Shown here piece by piece: positions 1-9,500 of a stretch of DNA of 64,000 nucleotides (positions are counted from its first letter, which is position 1; the number at the start of each line of letters is the position of its first letter). The notes beneath the pieces were generated by a model that was not told the origin of the DNA, did no database searches, and saw only the letters and a list, made by a program, of their open reading frames with translations. A program made the translations under genes and the position numbers. Source of the stretch: an uncultured Pirellulales bacterium (GTDB lineage Bacteria > Planctomycetota > Phycisphaerae > Sedimentisphaerales > SM23-30); NCBI GenBank assembly GCA_964482555.1, contig CAYZXY010000001.1, positions 5,915 to 69,914 on the forward strand, written 5' to 3'.

Positions 1-276
1 GTCGGTGAGGATCGGTCCGTCCCAGCTCATAAACCCATGCAAACCGCCGAACGCTTCCACGACATCCGGCCCCGGCCGCAGGAGCAGATGGTAGGTGTTG
101 GCGAGAATGATCTGTGAACCGGCCTGACGAACCTGTTCGGGCAGCAGCCCCTTGATGGCCCCGCGCGTACCGACGGGCATGAAGGCCGGCGTCTCCACCA
201 TCCCGTGCGGGGTCTGGAGCGACCCGAGACGAGCCCGGGTATTAGAACAGCTTGTCGTTAATGAATATGAAAACAT
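1..276 (-). CDS. tgt: queuine tRNA-ribosyltransferase (tRNA-guanine transglycosylase), N-terminal 92 codons; remainder lies beyond the window start
   Basis: Own translation of the minus strand from the ATG at complement 274-276: [92 protein letters not shown]. This matches the conserved Tgt N-terminus (TPxFMPVGT, ILxNTYHLxLRPG, GGLHxFMxWxxPILTD). It is absent from the ORF track because it runs off the edge. Confidence 0.85.
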   Translation of the reverse strand, partial: MFSYSLTTSCSNTRARLGSLQTPHGMVETPAFMPVGTRGAIKGLLPEQVRQAGSQIILANTYHLLLRPGPDVVEAFGGLHGFMSWDGPILTD

Positions 277-294
277 GATCCTGCCGCCACGGCG

Positions 295-1593
295 TTAATA
301 GGCTCGCAGCAGAACTGAATCCGGATAGTAATGTTGCAGGATATCGATACAGTCGAAGCCCTGATCGGCCATACTTTGGCAGCCGTACTGGCAAAGCCCG
401 ACACCGTGCCCCCAGCCATGTCCGTTTTCGAAACGCCAGCTATCGCCGGCATCCCGTAACTCGAACCAACTGCTGAGAACAGGAGTTTCGCTTGTGGTCA
501 CCGCCAGCCGGAGATCTTCGCCGCGGATGCGGCTGACCTTGCCGTTGACGCCGACCAGTTCAACCTTCTCGATACGTCCGTAATCGCTTCGCTGAACGAT
601 GTTGATAGCTGCAATTTTCTTCAATGGTTTCAGTTCCGCAAACCGTTCCATGAGTAAACTATTTACCTGATTTTTATCGATAGAGACGCTGGCCCAGCGA
701 TACCGCCCGGCCGGCGCCGTTGTTCTGCAATAGTCACAGTTACAGCCACGCAGCGGCGGGAGCTGCTTACCGAAAACCGGGGCGGCGTTCTGGGTATGAC
801 CGCCGCAGATCGCGCTGTAGTATGCCGGTATGATCTTTTCACCTCCAGCCAGGCCGTAGGTGATAACGATGCCCCGCGTTTCCCGCACCAGTTGGCGCAG
901 GCGGTCAGTTTCGCGAGTGACGCCGCCGTAAACCTGACTGGCCTGGGTACTGCCGATGTCCCAGAGATATTTGCTGCGCCGGATGTGCACATTGTACAGG
1001 GCGTAGGTGCGGGCGGCGATACACTGAGCCCGCAGAGCGGCGCTGGGCCAGTGGTTGGGCATCTCCGAGCCCAGAACGCCAGCCAGATAACCTTCCAGAT
1101 CGACGTCGTTGACCACGGCGAACTCGCCGTCATCCTGACTGTAACAACGCAATGTGCCGCGATAATGGATCATCGAGCTCTGGCCGGTCGCCAGAATACC
1201 GGGTGACCGGGTATGAAACTCAAGAATCGGATACGAAAAAACCTGACCGTTCCATAGAGACTTACCCTGTTTGTCGTGCAGTTGCCAGGTATTGTTCGAT
1301 CTGACCAGTCGGTATTCGCGACGTTGGAGTAAACGGATCAGCTCGCGTTGCGAAGCGGCATCGACCAGAGAAAAATCCGCCTCGGAACAACTGAACCAGC
1401 CCTCCCGGTCTTTGTACAATAACACGTTGATGGGAACCCGTCGTGTGGGGGCGGCAGCCGCCAGCGGTTCGGCAAACGTTATTGCGCCCGGTTCGGACGC
1501 CGCGGGCTGACGGTCACAGCCGACGACCCCGCAAAAAATCATCCATAAAAGCAATCCTGCATCATAAGTTTTACGAATGCTTTCAGAGGGCAT
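295..1593 (-). CDS. SpoIID/LytB-domain protein, probable lipoprotein
   Basis: 432-aa ORF. N-terminal signal with lipobox-like FCGVVGC. Family motifs AYYSAICGGHT and GHGVGLCQYG in the C-terminal half. Confidence 0.8.
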   Translation of the reverse strand: MPSESIRKTYDAGLLLWMIFCGVVGCDRQPAASEPGAITFAEPLAAAAPTRRVPINVLLYKDREGWFSCSEADFSLVDAASQRELIRLLQRREYRLVRSNNTWQLHDKQGKSLWNGQVFSYPILEFHTRSPGILATGQSSMIHYRGTLRCYSQDDGEFAVVNDVDLEGYLAGVLGSEMPNHWPSAALRAQCIAARTYALYNVHIRRSKYLWDIGSTQASQVYGGVTRETDRLRQLVRETRGIVITYGLAGGEKIIPAYYSAICGGHTQNAAPVFGKQLPPLRGCNCDYCRTTAPAGRYRWASVSIDKNQVNSLLMERFAELKPLKKIAAINIVQRSDYGRIEKVELVGVNGKVSRIRGEDLRLAVTTSETPVLSSWFELRDAGDSWRFENGHGWGHGVGLCQYGCQSMADQGFDCIDILQHYYPDSVLLRAY

Positions 1594-1614
1594 GATTCAT
1601 CTCTCGCATTGGTT

Positions 1615-1675
1615 TACTCGTTCTGATTGAAATCTTCCGGTTTGCCCTGACCAGGATAAACCGGTTTGCCCGTCG
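1615..1675 (+). repeat. truncated or rearranged copy (left end only) of the 101-bp MITE-like element
   Basis: TACTCGTTCTGATTGAAATCTTCCGGTTTGCCC matches the element left end TACTCGTTCCGATTGAAAATCCCCGTTTTGCC. It is followed by a local CCGGTTTGCCC duplication. It lies 21 nt upstream of the SpoIID-like start codon. Confidence 0.45.
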
Positions 1676-1681
1676 CTATCG

Positions 1682-3022
1682 CTAATCATCCAGTCGCCGC
1701 AAATTGAGATTGTGTTTCTCCAGGCTCTGTTTGATTTCGGTCAGGCTGGTCATGCCGAAATTCTTGCAGCCCAGCAGTTCGGCTTCCGTACATTTGGTTA
1801 ATTCGCCGACGGTATTGATGTTCAATCTCTCCAGGCATTTCCGCGAACGGACCGACATCTCCAGTTCTGACACCGACAGGTTCAGCACGGCATTTTCTTC
1901 ACTGGCCGGTTTTTCCGGATTGTTGCGTTTTTTATTGTTGTTCTTATGCTCTTCGAGCATCTGACCCAACCGCAGGCCTTTCGTGTTCAGGATCGTCTTG
2001 ATTTCATGCAGGCTGGTTTCGCCGAAATTCTTATACGCCAGCAGTTCCGATTCGGTAACTCTGAGCAGATCACCTAGCGTTCTGATGTTCATCTTCTTAA
2101 GACAGTTCCGCGACCGGACCGACAGTTCAAAATCAGAAATCGGAATCTCCAGCACCTTGTTCCGGCGATCCAACCGGCGCTCCTGGTCTTCATCATAGTA
2201 CATGATCATGCTGGCCTGAATATCTTTGAGGAACATGCGGGCCCGTTCATGATTAGGATAGCAGGCCAGAACCTGCTTAACACACTTTTCCGCCAGACCA
2301 TAATCTTCATGATCCTCATAGAGCACCGCTAGGTTCAGCATGGCGCTCACCGGAGCGTTGCCGCATTCAATGCAGCGATTGTAAAACTGTATCGCTTCCT
2401 GGTCGTCGCCGTAGAGATCGGTGATGTAAGCCAGCTGGAACTGGGCTTCGGCATGTTGCGGATCGAGACTGACCGCCTGTTCGAACTCGGCGAGAGCTTC
2501 TTCATGTCTGCCGGTATCCTGCATAAGCCGGCCCAGTTGATAATGATATTCCGCACGGATGTCGCCCATGCGGGATACACTTTTTAATTTTTCCTCCGCT
2601 TCTTCCAGTCGGCGGGCGCGACGCAGGCAATCGACAATCTTGACAGTAATATCGAAACTGTCACTGCCTTTTTCTTCCGCTTTCGCGAAGGCCGAAATAG
2701 CGTCATCATAGCGACCAAGACTGCGACAGGCCAATCCCCGCAGATAGAACTGCTGAGGTCCTTCGCCCGATTTATCCAGCCAGGTAATCGCCGCGGCGTA
2801 ATCATGAAGACCATAACAAGCCTGGGCCGTTTTAAACGCCATGACGGCATCGCCGGCCAGCTCCGAATCCCGCTGTGACAGCGTCTCCTGAAAGTAGTTC
2901 CGGAATTTCTCACGCTCCAGAGCGGATTGATTCAGCCGGGCTAACAGTTCTTTAAAACGTTCCTGCGATAAGGGTTCCGCATTATCCAATAGGGACAGAG
3001 TGTCCGAGGTCGCGGTTTGCAT
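1682..3022 (-). CDS. TPR-repeat protein with two tandem C-terminal RNA polymerase alpha-subunit CTD-like (HhH) domains
   Basis: 446-aa ORF. The N-terminal ~270 aa are TPR-like helical repeats. Two repeats, ISDFELSVRSRNCLKKMNIRTLGDLLRVTESELLAYKNFGETSLHEIK and VSELEMSVRSRKCLERLNINTVGELTKCTEAELLGCKNFGMTSLTEIK, match the alpha-CTD signature (LSVRxxNCLK...I.TxGDL...E.ELL...NFGKKSL.EI). Confidence 0.8.
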   Translation of the reverse strand: MQTATSDTLSLLDNAEPLSQERFKELLARLNQSALEREKFRNYFQETLSQRDSELAGDAVMAFKTAQACYGLHDYAAAITWLDKSGEGPQQFYLRGLACRSLGRYDDAISAFAKAEEKGSDSFDITVKIVDCLRRARRLEEAEEKLKSVSRMGDIRAEYHYQLGRLMQDTGRHEEALAEFEQAVSLDPQHAEAQFQLAYITDLYGDDQEAIQFYNRCIECGNAPVSAMLNLAVLYEDHEDYGLAEKCVKQVLACYPNHERARMFLKDIQASMIMYYDEDQERRLDRRNKVLEIPISDFELSVRSRNCLKKMNIRTLGDLLRVTESELLAYKNFGETSLHEIKTILNTKGLRLGQMLEEHKNNNKKRNNPEKPASEENAVLNLSVSELEMSVRSRKCLERLNINTVGELTKCTEAELLGCKNFGMTSLTEIKQSLEKHNLNLRRLDD

Positions 3023-3358
3023 AATGGGCCATCTCCCTTTTTTACTAAATGTTACTTGTTCGGAAAATATACTTTCAATATCATGTTAAGTACAAACAGA
3101 GTATTATAATGCTGAAATGAAATCTTGCAACCTAAAAAACCGCAATCACAGGACTTCAAAGTGTATTTAACGTTACCTGAGGATTATGAAACACCGTTTC
3201 TCTTTTGTGAATCTCCTTTTATAAAAGTTGGAAACAACTGCTTATTTTATCATCTATAAATATTATAATATTTTGTTACTTAATATACATACATTAGAAT
3301 TATTTAAATTTTATTTAATGCGACATATACAGGGAATCAGCGTTAACGTTTTATTTTA

Positions 3359-3459
3359 TGCTCGTTCTGGTTGAAAATACCCCTTTTGTCGGAACGTAAT
3401 TATATGCGAACAAAAAGCTTACGCCCGGCCCTGCCCGGTGCTTTCTACCCGTTGGGGTA
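3359..3459 (+). repeat. 101-bp MITE-like element, copy in F orientation
   Basis: Alignable end to end with the copies at 22449 and 10678. Flanked by TA (3357-3358) and TA (3460-3461). The right end lies 23 nt upstream of the GTG start at 3483. Confidence 0.8.
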
Positions 3460-3482
3460 TAAAACAGTTACGGAGTTAAAGG

Positions 3483-4436
3483 GTGAAGCCCTTATATACA
3501 TTTGTCATTAATCCCAAATCAGGTTCCCGCTCCGATGCCGCATCTGTCCGGCAGTTGAAAAATTACCTGATCGGCCGGGATTGCCGGGTTAAGATTTATC
3601 AGACGCAGTCTCTCGAACATGCGGCCGAACTGGCCCGCAAAGCTGTGGAAGATAATGCGGAAATGGTTATTGCCGCCGGTGGAGACGGGACAATCCGGCA
3701 TGTGGCTGAGGGGCTCGCAGATTCAAATATTCCTATTCTGATTGTACCTACGGGAACAGAAAATCTGCTCGCCCGGGAAATCAATCTGGACGGCACAGTC
3801 GATCAGGAGCTTAACGCTTTGACACACGGTCACTTACGTAATCTTGATCTGGGGATGGTTAATGGCCGCTGTTTCATTTCCGTGGTGGGGGTGGGCTTTG
3901 ATGCCGAAACCGTCCGGCGGGTTCACGGGAAAAGGCGGTCCCATATTACACACATGAGCTATGTCTGGCCAATTTGCCGGACATTCTGGGAGTACCAGAT
4001 TGAGCATGTACGGGTAGAGGCTGATGGCCGTTTGCTGTGCGACGAGCCGGCGCTGGTGTTTGTGAGTAATAATCCGCGTTATGCCGTCGGGCTGCAGCTG
4101 ACACCGGATGCCGACACCAGCGATGGATTGCTGGATTTATGTATTTATAAGTGTGCGAATCGCTGGGAGCTGATCTGGCATTCAATTCTGACGCTGTTTC
4201 GACTGTCGCAGAAATTTCCCCGGCGGGTTATCCGGACGCGCTGCCGGCAGGTGCATATTTCCAGCGATGTCGCCCGAATGCTTTCGCAGGTGGATGGCGA
4301 CCCTGGACCGCCGCTGCCGTTGAAGATTGAGGTAATGCCGGCCCGGGCCCGGCTGTTGGCCCCGCCGGAGCAGGGAAAAGATTACTATTACCGTCCCCGG
4401 CGTATGTATCATCTGCGGCGCTGGCTGTTTCGGTGA
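3483..4436 (+). CDS. diacylglycerol/lipid kinase family protein (YegS/BmrU-like)
   Basis: 317-aa ORF with a GTG start. DAGK catalytic-domain motifs: FVINPKSGS, IAAGGDGTI, VPTGTENLLA. Confidence 0.8.
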   Translation: MKPLYTFVINPKSGSRSDAASVRQLKNYLIGRDCRVKIYQTQSLEHAAELARKAVEDNAEMVIAAGGDGTIRHVAEGLADSNIPILIVPTGTENLLAREINLDGTVDQELNALTHGHLRNLDLGMVNGRCFISVVGVGFDAETVRRVHGKRRSHITHMSYVWPICRTFWEYQIEHVRVEADGRLLCDEPALVFVSNNPRYAVGLQLTPDADTSDGLLDLCIYKCANRWELIWHSILTLFRLSQKFPRRVIRTRCRQVHISSDVARMLSQVDGDPGPPLPLKIEVMPARARLLAPPEQGKDYYYRPRRMYHLRRWLFR

Positions 4437-4487
4437 AAGAGTTGAGAAGTTAATAAGTAGATGAGGAAGCATAAAGTAACGGACGAT

Positions 4488-5186
4488 TTATTTTGTAACG
4501 TTGTATAAAGAGTGGATGACTTTTGCCGGTTCGGGATTATCAAAAATATAACTGCCGGCTACGAGCGTATCAGCGCCAGCGTTAACGATTTCTGGTGCGG
4601 TTTCGAGGTTGATGCCGCCGTCCACTTCCAGCCGCTGATCGTCACGCAGCATGGCGCGGAGTTCGCGGGCGCGATCAAGACTCTCGGGGATGAAAGACTG
4701 GCCGCCGAAACCCGGCTCGACGGTCATCAGCAATACCATATCCACCTCGGCAATAATATCCCGCAAGGCCGCAACGGGTGTCGCCGGTTTTATGGAGAGA
4801 CCGACGGCAACGTCTTTCTCCCGCAGCAGCCGGATGACTTCGCGCGGATCGTCGTTGGCCTCCAGATGAAAGGTGATGCCGTCCGCGCCGGCGGCGATGA
4901 ACATCGGGCCGATATGCAGCGGATCGGTCACCATGATATGCACATCAAAATAAAGCCCGCTCACCCGCCGAATCTTGCGAACGACCGGCGGCCCGATCGT
5001 CAGGTTCGGTACAAAATGCCCATCCATCACATCCAGATGCAGCATCCGCACTTCCGGCTCGACCGCGGCGATATGCTCACCCAGCCGCGCGAAATCAGCG
5101 CTCAGAATCGACGGGGCTACTTCCACCGTACCCGCCGGAGGTAATGTGCGTTTCATGTTTGCACCTGCCTTTTCCAACATACTCAT
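4488..5186 (-). CDS. rpe: ribulose-phosphate 3-epimerase
   Basis: 232-aa ORF with motifs APSILSADFARLGE, HLDVMDGHFVPNLTIGP, MTVEPGFGGQSF, EVDGGIN. Confidence 0.92.
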   Translation of the reverse strand: MSMLEKAGANMKRTLPPAGTVEVAPSILSADFARLGEHIAAVEPEVRMLHLDVMDGHFVPNLTIGPPVVRKIRRVSGLYFDVHIMVTDPLHIGPMFIAAGADGITFHLEANDDPREVIRLLREKDVAVGLSIKPATPVAALRDIIAEVDMVLLMTVEPGFGGQSFIPESLDRARELRAMLRDDQRLEVDGGINLETAPEIVNAGADTLVAGSYIFDNPEPAKVIHSLYNVTK

Positions 5187-5266
5187 AACTCGTTCTTGTT
5201 TAGATGCATTATTCTAATGCTTCTGATAAATGCCGCAAGAATTATTTATGCGTAAACGCATCGCCC

Positions 5267-5992
5267 TTAGTCGGTTGTCCGGGCGAATTCGTCGATGAGG
5301 GCGACGATGTTGCTGTGGCCGTTGTTGGCGGCGAAGTCGCGGGCGGTATCACCGTCCACGTCGACGATGCGCCAGTCGGCAGAGTTCTCCAGCAGCAGGC
5401 GTACGTTGGCGGAGTGCCCTTCGGTGGCCGCGAACATCAGTGCGGTAAAGCCTTCGCTTTTTTCGACGATGTTCACCTCGGCCCCGCCGGCCAGCAGAAC
5501 TTTGATGGTATCATAAAATGGGCCGCTCGCGGCGAACATCAGCGCCGTCTGTCCCATGCTGTTCTTATGATTGACATCAGCTCCGCGTTCGAGGAGGATT
5601 TCGACCAGGGCGGTATGGCCATTATAGGCGGCCAGCATCAGGGCGGTATTGTTTATCTCACCGACGGCATTCACATCTACCCCCTCGTTGAGCAGCCGGC
5701 GGACCGTTCGCAAGTCGCCTTGCAACGCCGCTCTGAAAAAGGCTTCTCCGGCCGGTTGAACAGATTCCGATGTTTCAGCCGTCTTCCGCGTTTGTTCCGG
5801 AATTGGTTCCGGTTTCACTTCCGGTTCCGGGGCGGCAGCCGTCCCAGAGCTGTTTTCGGTTGCGGCCTGCGGCGCCGATTGCACCGGCGGCTTTTCGGGC
5901 GGAGCGGGCGGCTGCTTTGAATCACAACCGCATATATACAAAAGACCTGAGATGAAAAGACAAAACGTCATTTGATAAGTTGTTTGCCACAT
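5267..5992 (-). CDS. ankyrin-repeat lipoprotein
   Basis: 241-aa ORF. Signal plus lipobox (LLYICGC), a Pro/Glu-rich linker, then at least 4 ankyrin repeats (TALMLAAYNGHTALVEILLERGADVNHKN and others). Confidence 0.8.
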   Translation of the reverse strand: MWQTTYQMTFCLFISGLLYICGCDSKQPPAPPEKPPVQSAPQAATENSSGTAAAPEPEVKPEPIPEQTRKTAETSESVQPAGEAFFRAALQGDLRTVRRLLNEGVDVNAVGEINNTALMLAAYNGHTALVEILLERGADVNHKNSMGQTALMFAASGPFYDTIKVLLAGGAEVNIVEKSEGFTALMFAATEGHSANVRLLLENSADWRIVDVDGDTARDFAANNGHSNIVALIDEFARTTD

Positions 5993-6127
5993 AGTTCTAC
6001 CTTATCCGGTAAGACCGGAATGTCGATGGATCATGTTTAATTCTTAGCCTTTACCCTCGTTCCGTCGGTTGAGGCTAGACCGTTGCATCGCGGCTGATAC
6101 TCTTCCGCTTTAAGCCTGGACGCCTCT

Positions 6128-6520
6128 TCATGAAACCGCCTTCAAGACATGCTCAGCCACAAACACCGGCATACTGTTCACCACACCCAGAGCGATCGCA
6201 TCGCTCGGCCGTGAATCCACCTCGATCAGATCCTTTCCCCGACGGATCAGCAGCCGGGCATAAAACGTATGGTCCCGCAAATCGTTAATCACGATTTTCT
6301 CAAGCTGACCTTCCAGATCGACAATCACATTAAACAAAAGGTCATGCGTCATCGGCCGGGCAGGCAGTTCCCCCCTCAATCGCCGGTTGATCGCCAGCGC
6401 TTCGGAAATCCCGATTACAATCGGGAAAGAGCGATCGCCGAATTTCTCCTTCAACACGATAATCTGCTGTTCCGAGTTCTCCTGTATAATAATCTGGGAC
6501 AGCTCCATTTCCACTTCCAT
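6128..6520 (-). CDS. bifunctional nuclease family protein (DUF151/BFN domain)
   Basis: 130-aa ORF. FPIVIGISEALAI...RPMTHDLL...RPSDAIALG is the typical BFN-domain pattern. Confidence 0.7.
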   Translation of the reverse strand: MEVEMELSQIIIQENSEQQIIVLKEKFGDRSFPIVIGISEALAINRRLRGELPARPMTHDLLFNVIVDLEGQLEKIVINDLRDHTFYARLLIRRGKDLIEVDSRPSDAIALGVVNSMPVFVAEHVLKAVS

Positions 6521-6558
6521 AGTCTTACCTCGTTAATTAATTTTATTATAATGGGATG

Positions 6559-9500
6559 TTATTCCAGATCCGCTAGATTCTTCTTCACGCTCGCCAACTG
6601 CTCCTTGAGCTGGGCCAGCCGTTCCCGCTCCCGCTCGACCACTTCCGGTTTCGCCCGGCTGATAAAATTCTCATTTGCCAGTTTCTTCTCGCTCCCGGCA
6701 ATGCCTTTAGTCAACTCTTCCTGCTGCTTCTCCAATCGTTTCTTCTCCGCTGCCGGATCGATAACATCATCGACATAGATTTCCATCTCCTCGCTGACCG
6801 CCGTTGCCGCCCGCAAAGGCTTCTCGCAATTCGGACCAGCGACAAACGCGCTCGATGCCGTCATATTGCATATCACATGCTGCTGCTCGTTCAGCAGACT
6901 CGCCAGTGACTCATGGGTTCTTACCGACACATTCAGCTTCTTCTTCGGCGGAACCTGGTATTGAGTCCGGACGTCGCGAATCGCGCGAATCGTCGCCTGC
7001 AGGATGCCCATCTGCTGTTCCGCTTCTGCGTCGTAAAACTCCGACAGACGCTTCGGCCACTCCGCCGTAATCAACAACTCCGAACTCTCCAGTTTCGCCA
7101 GATTGCCCAGCCCGCGACCCGAACACATCTTATGCAGCTGTTGATAAATCCCTTCCGTAATAAACGGCAGGAAAGGATGCAGCAGCCGCAGACAATTATC
7201 CAGTACAAACGCCAGCAACCGCTGAGCCGTCGGCTTCAACTCCTCGTCCCGCATCCGCGGCTTGATCAGTTCCAGATACCAGTCGCACAACTCATTCCAG
7301 AAAAAACGATAAAGCTGGTTGATCGGTTCACTGAATTTGAATTCCTCCAATTGCGTCGTAACCTTGTCAATTGTATCCGCCAGCCGTGACAAAATCCACT
7401 GGTCTTCCAGGGTCATGTGCGATGGCTCGAAAGGTCCGGTTGGCGGATCTTCCAGATTTCCCAATGCAAACCGCGATGCATTCCAAAGCTTGTTACAAAA
7501 ATTCCGCCCGATGTCGAACTTGGGACTCGTATTCACCACCCGCCCGTCCGGCAGCGCCATTTCCTCCACCGGCATCCGCACATCCTGCGTCTGCGTCGTC
7601 ATGCTCGCCAGCGCAAAACGCATCGCGTCCGCCCCGTGGCTGTCGATCGCCACCAGCGGATCGATCCCGTTGCCCAGGCTCTTGCTCATCTTGCGTCCCT
7701 GCCCGTCCTGAATCATCGCATGAATAAACACATCCTTAAACGGAATATCCCCCGCGCAATACTGCCCCATCATCACCATCCGCGACACCCACAGCGTGAT
7801 AATCTCCCGTGCCGTACACAGCACGCTGCCCGGATAATAATGCTTCATCAACGCCTCGCCGTCAACCCCTTCTTCCGGCCAGCCCAACGTACTGAACGGC
7901 CACAACGCCGATGAAAACCACGTATCCAATACATCCGAATCCCGCTGCCAGCCGTCCGCCTCCAATTTCTGCTCAATATCAATATGTTCCTTGCCCACAC
8001 ACACAAAGGTCTTAGCACCTTCATCGGTGTCTATGCTAAAAGATTTGACATGGTCGCCATATTCAGAAAAAACATATCCGCTCCCCGCCTTCGACCACAC
8101 CGGAATCTGATGCCCCCACCACAACTGACGACTGATCGGCCAGTCCCGCAGATTCTCCAGCCACGTCTGATACGTCTTCGCGTACCGCTCCGGAATGAAC
8201 CGCAACCGCCCGTCCAGCAGCGGCTTCAGAGCCAGGCCCGCCAGCGAATTCACCGGCACATCCGTCCCCTCGATCGTACCGCCGCCGATGGTCTCCGCCA
8301 GATGCTCGATCGGCTTTTTCACCGCGATATACCACTGATCCGACAAATACGGCTCAATCGGTACATGACTGCGATAGCTATGCCCCACATCATGGGTATA
8401 ATCTCGCACCTTCTCCAGCAAATCCTCCTGCCGGAACCACTCAACAATCGCTTCACGGGCCTCAAACCGGTCCATCCCCAGAAAGGCCTCCGCCTCACTA
8501 TCTTCGCCCCTGGCGTCCTCCCAGCCATATTTGTCGCTGATCGAGCCATCCGGAGCCATCACATTAATCACCGGCAAACCATGCCGCAGCCCGATTGCCC
8601 AGTCATCCGGATCGTGCGCCGGGGTGACTTTCAAAAATCCCGTCGAATATTTCGCCTTCTCCTCCGAACTCTCCGGGTCCGGCAGTACCACATGCTCATC
8701 CGCGATAATCGGAATCAACCGCCCTACGATCGGCAGCCGTACCATCTTGCCCACCAGCGCCCCCGCCCGCGGATCGCGCGGGTTCATCGCCACCGCCGTA
8801 TCACCCAGCATCGTCTCCGGCCGCGTCGTCGCTACAGTTACGTGTGTTATTGTATCGCAGGCATCTTGCCCCCCCCATAATTCATCCCGGTCAAAACAAC
8901 CTATCCATTCCCATTCCTTCAATCCCGCTTTTTCCGGATTCTCCAATACATAAGCTACTTGATTCTCAAAATCTGATTCATCACATATCAAATGATCATG
9001 ATATTCAACCATCCAAAGATTACCGGTACGATTCAATACTTTATTTATCTCATCAGCTGAAAAAGACTTCCAGGAATGGACTATTTCACTAAGTTCATTA
9101 TCTCCCAACGGCCGAACGACAACATGAACATGATTAGGCATAATAACCCAAGCAACCAATTCATACCGGTTCCCATGAAAATACAATAATGCATCTTGCA
9201 CGATTTTCGCTGCTTTTGAATCTTTTAAAACACACTCGCCATGACCTGCATTTAAATAAGACTCAATTTTATCTGAGAACAAATGCTTCAATTCCATCAC
9301 TTCATGAATTGTTAGTTCTCGATTTTGCTGTTTCGCTCTATCAATAATATCCTTACGTTCCTGCTGCCATTGTTCTGACACATCAGCCGGCACAGAATCC
9401 CCTAAGCGAAAAGTAACTGCATAAGTCGCACCTTCCCTAATCCAATGCGGAATATACGCCCCTCTCCGTTTGGATATCCTCTGTACCACGGGCATCTTGC

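Noticed and set aside
3455-3482. Calling outward-facing promoters at MITE ends (TATAAA/TATAAT hexamers formed by the element end plus the TA flank)
   Set aside because: -10-like hexamers are visible, but I could not find a properly spaced -35 element. In one case (22443) the ATG is too close to be served by that hexamer. This is left as a hypothesis rather than a feature.
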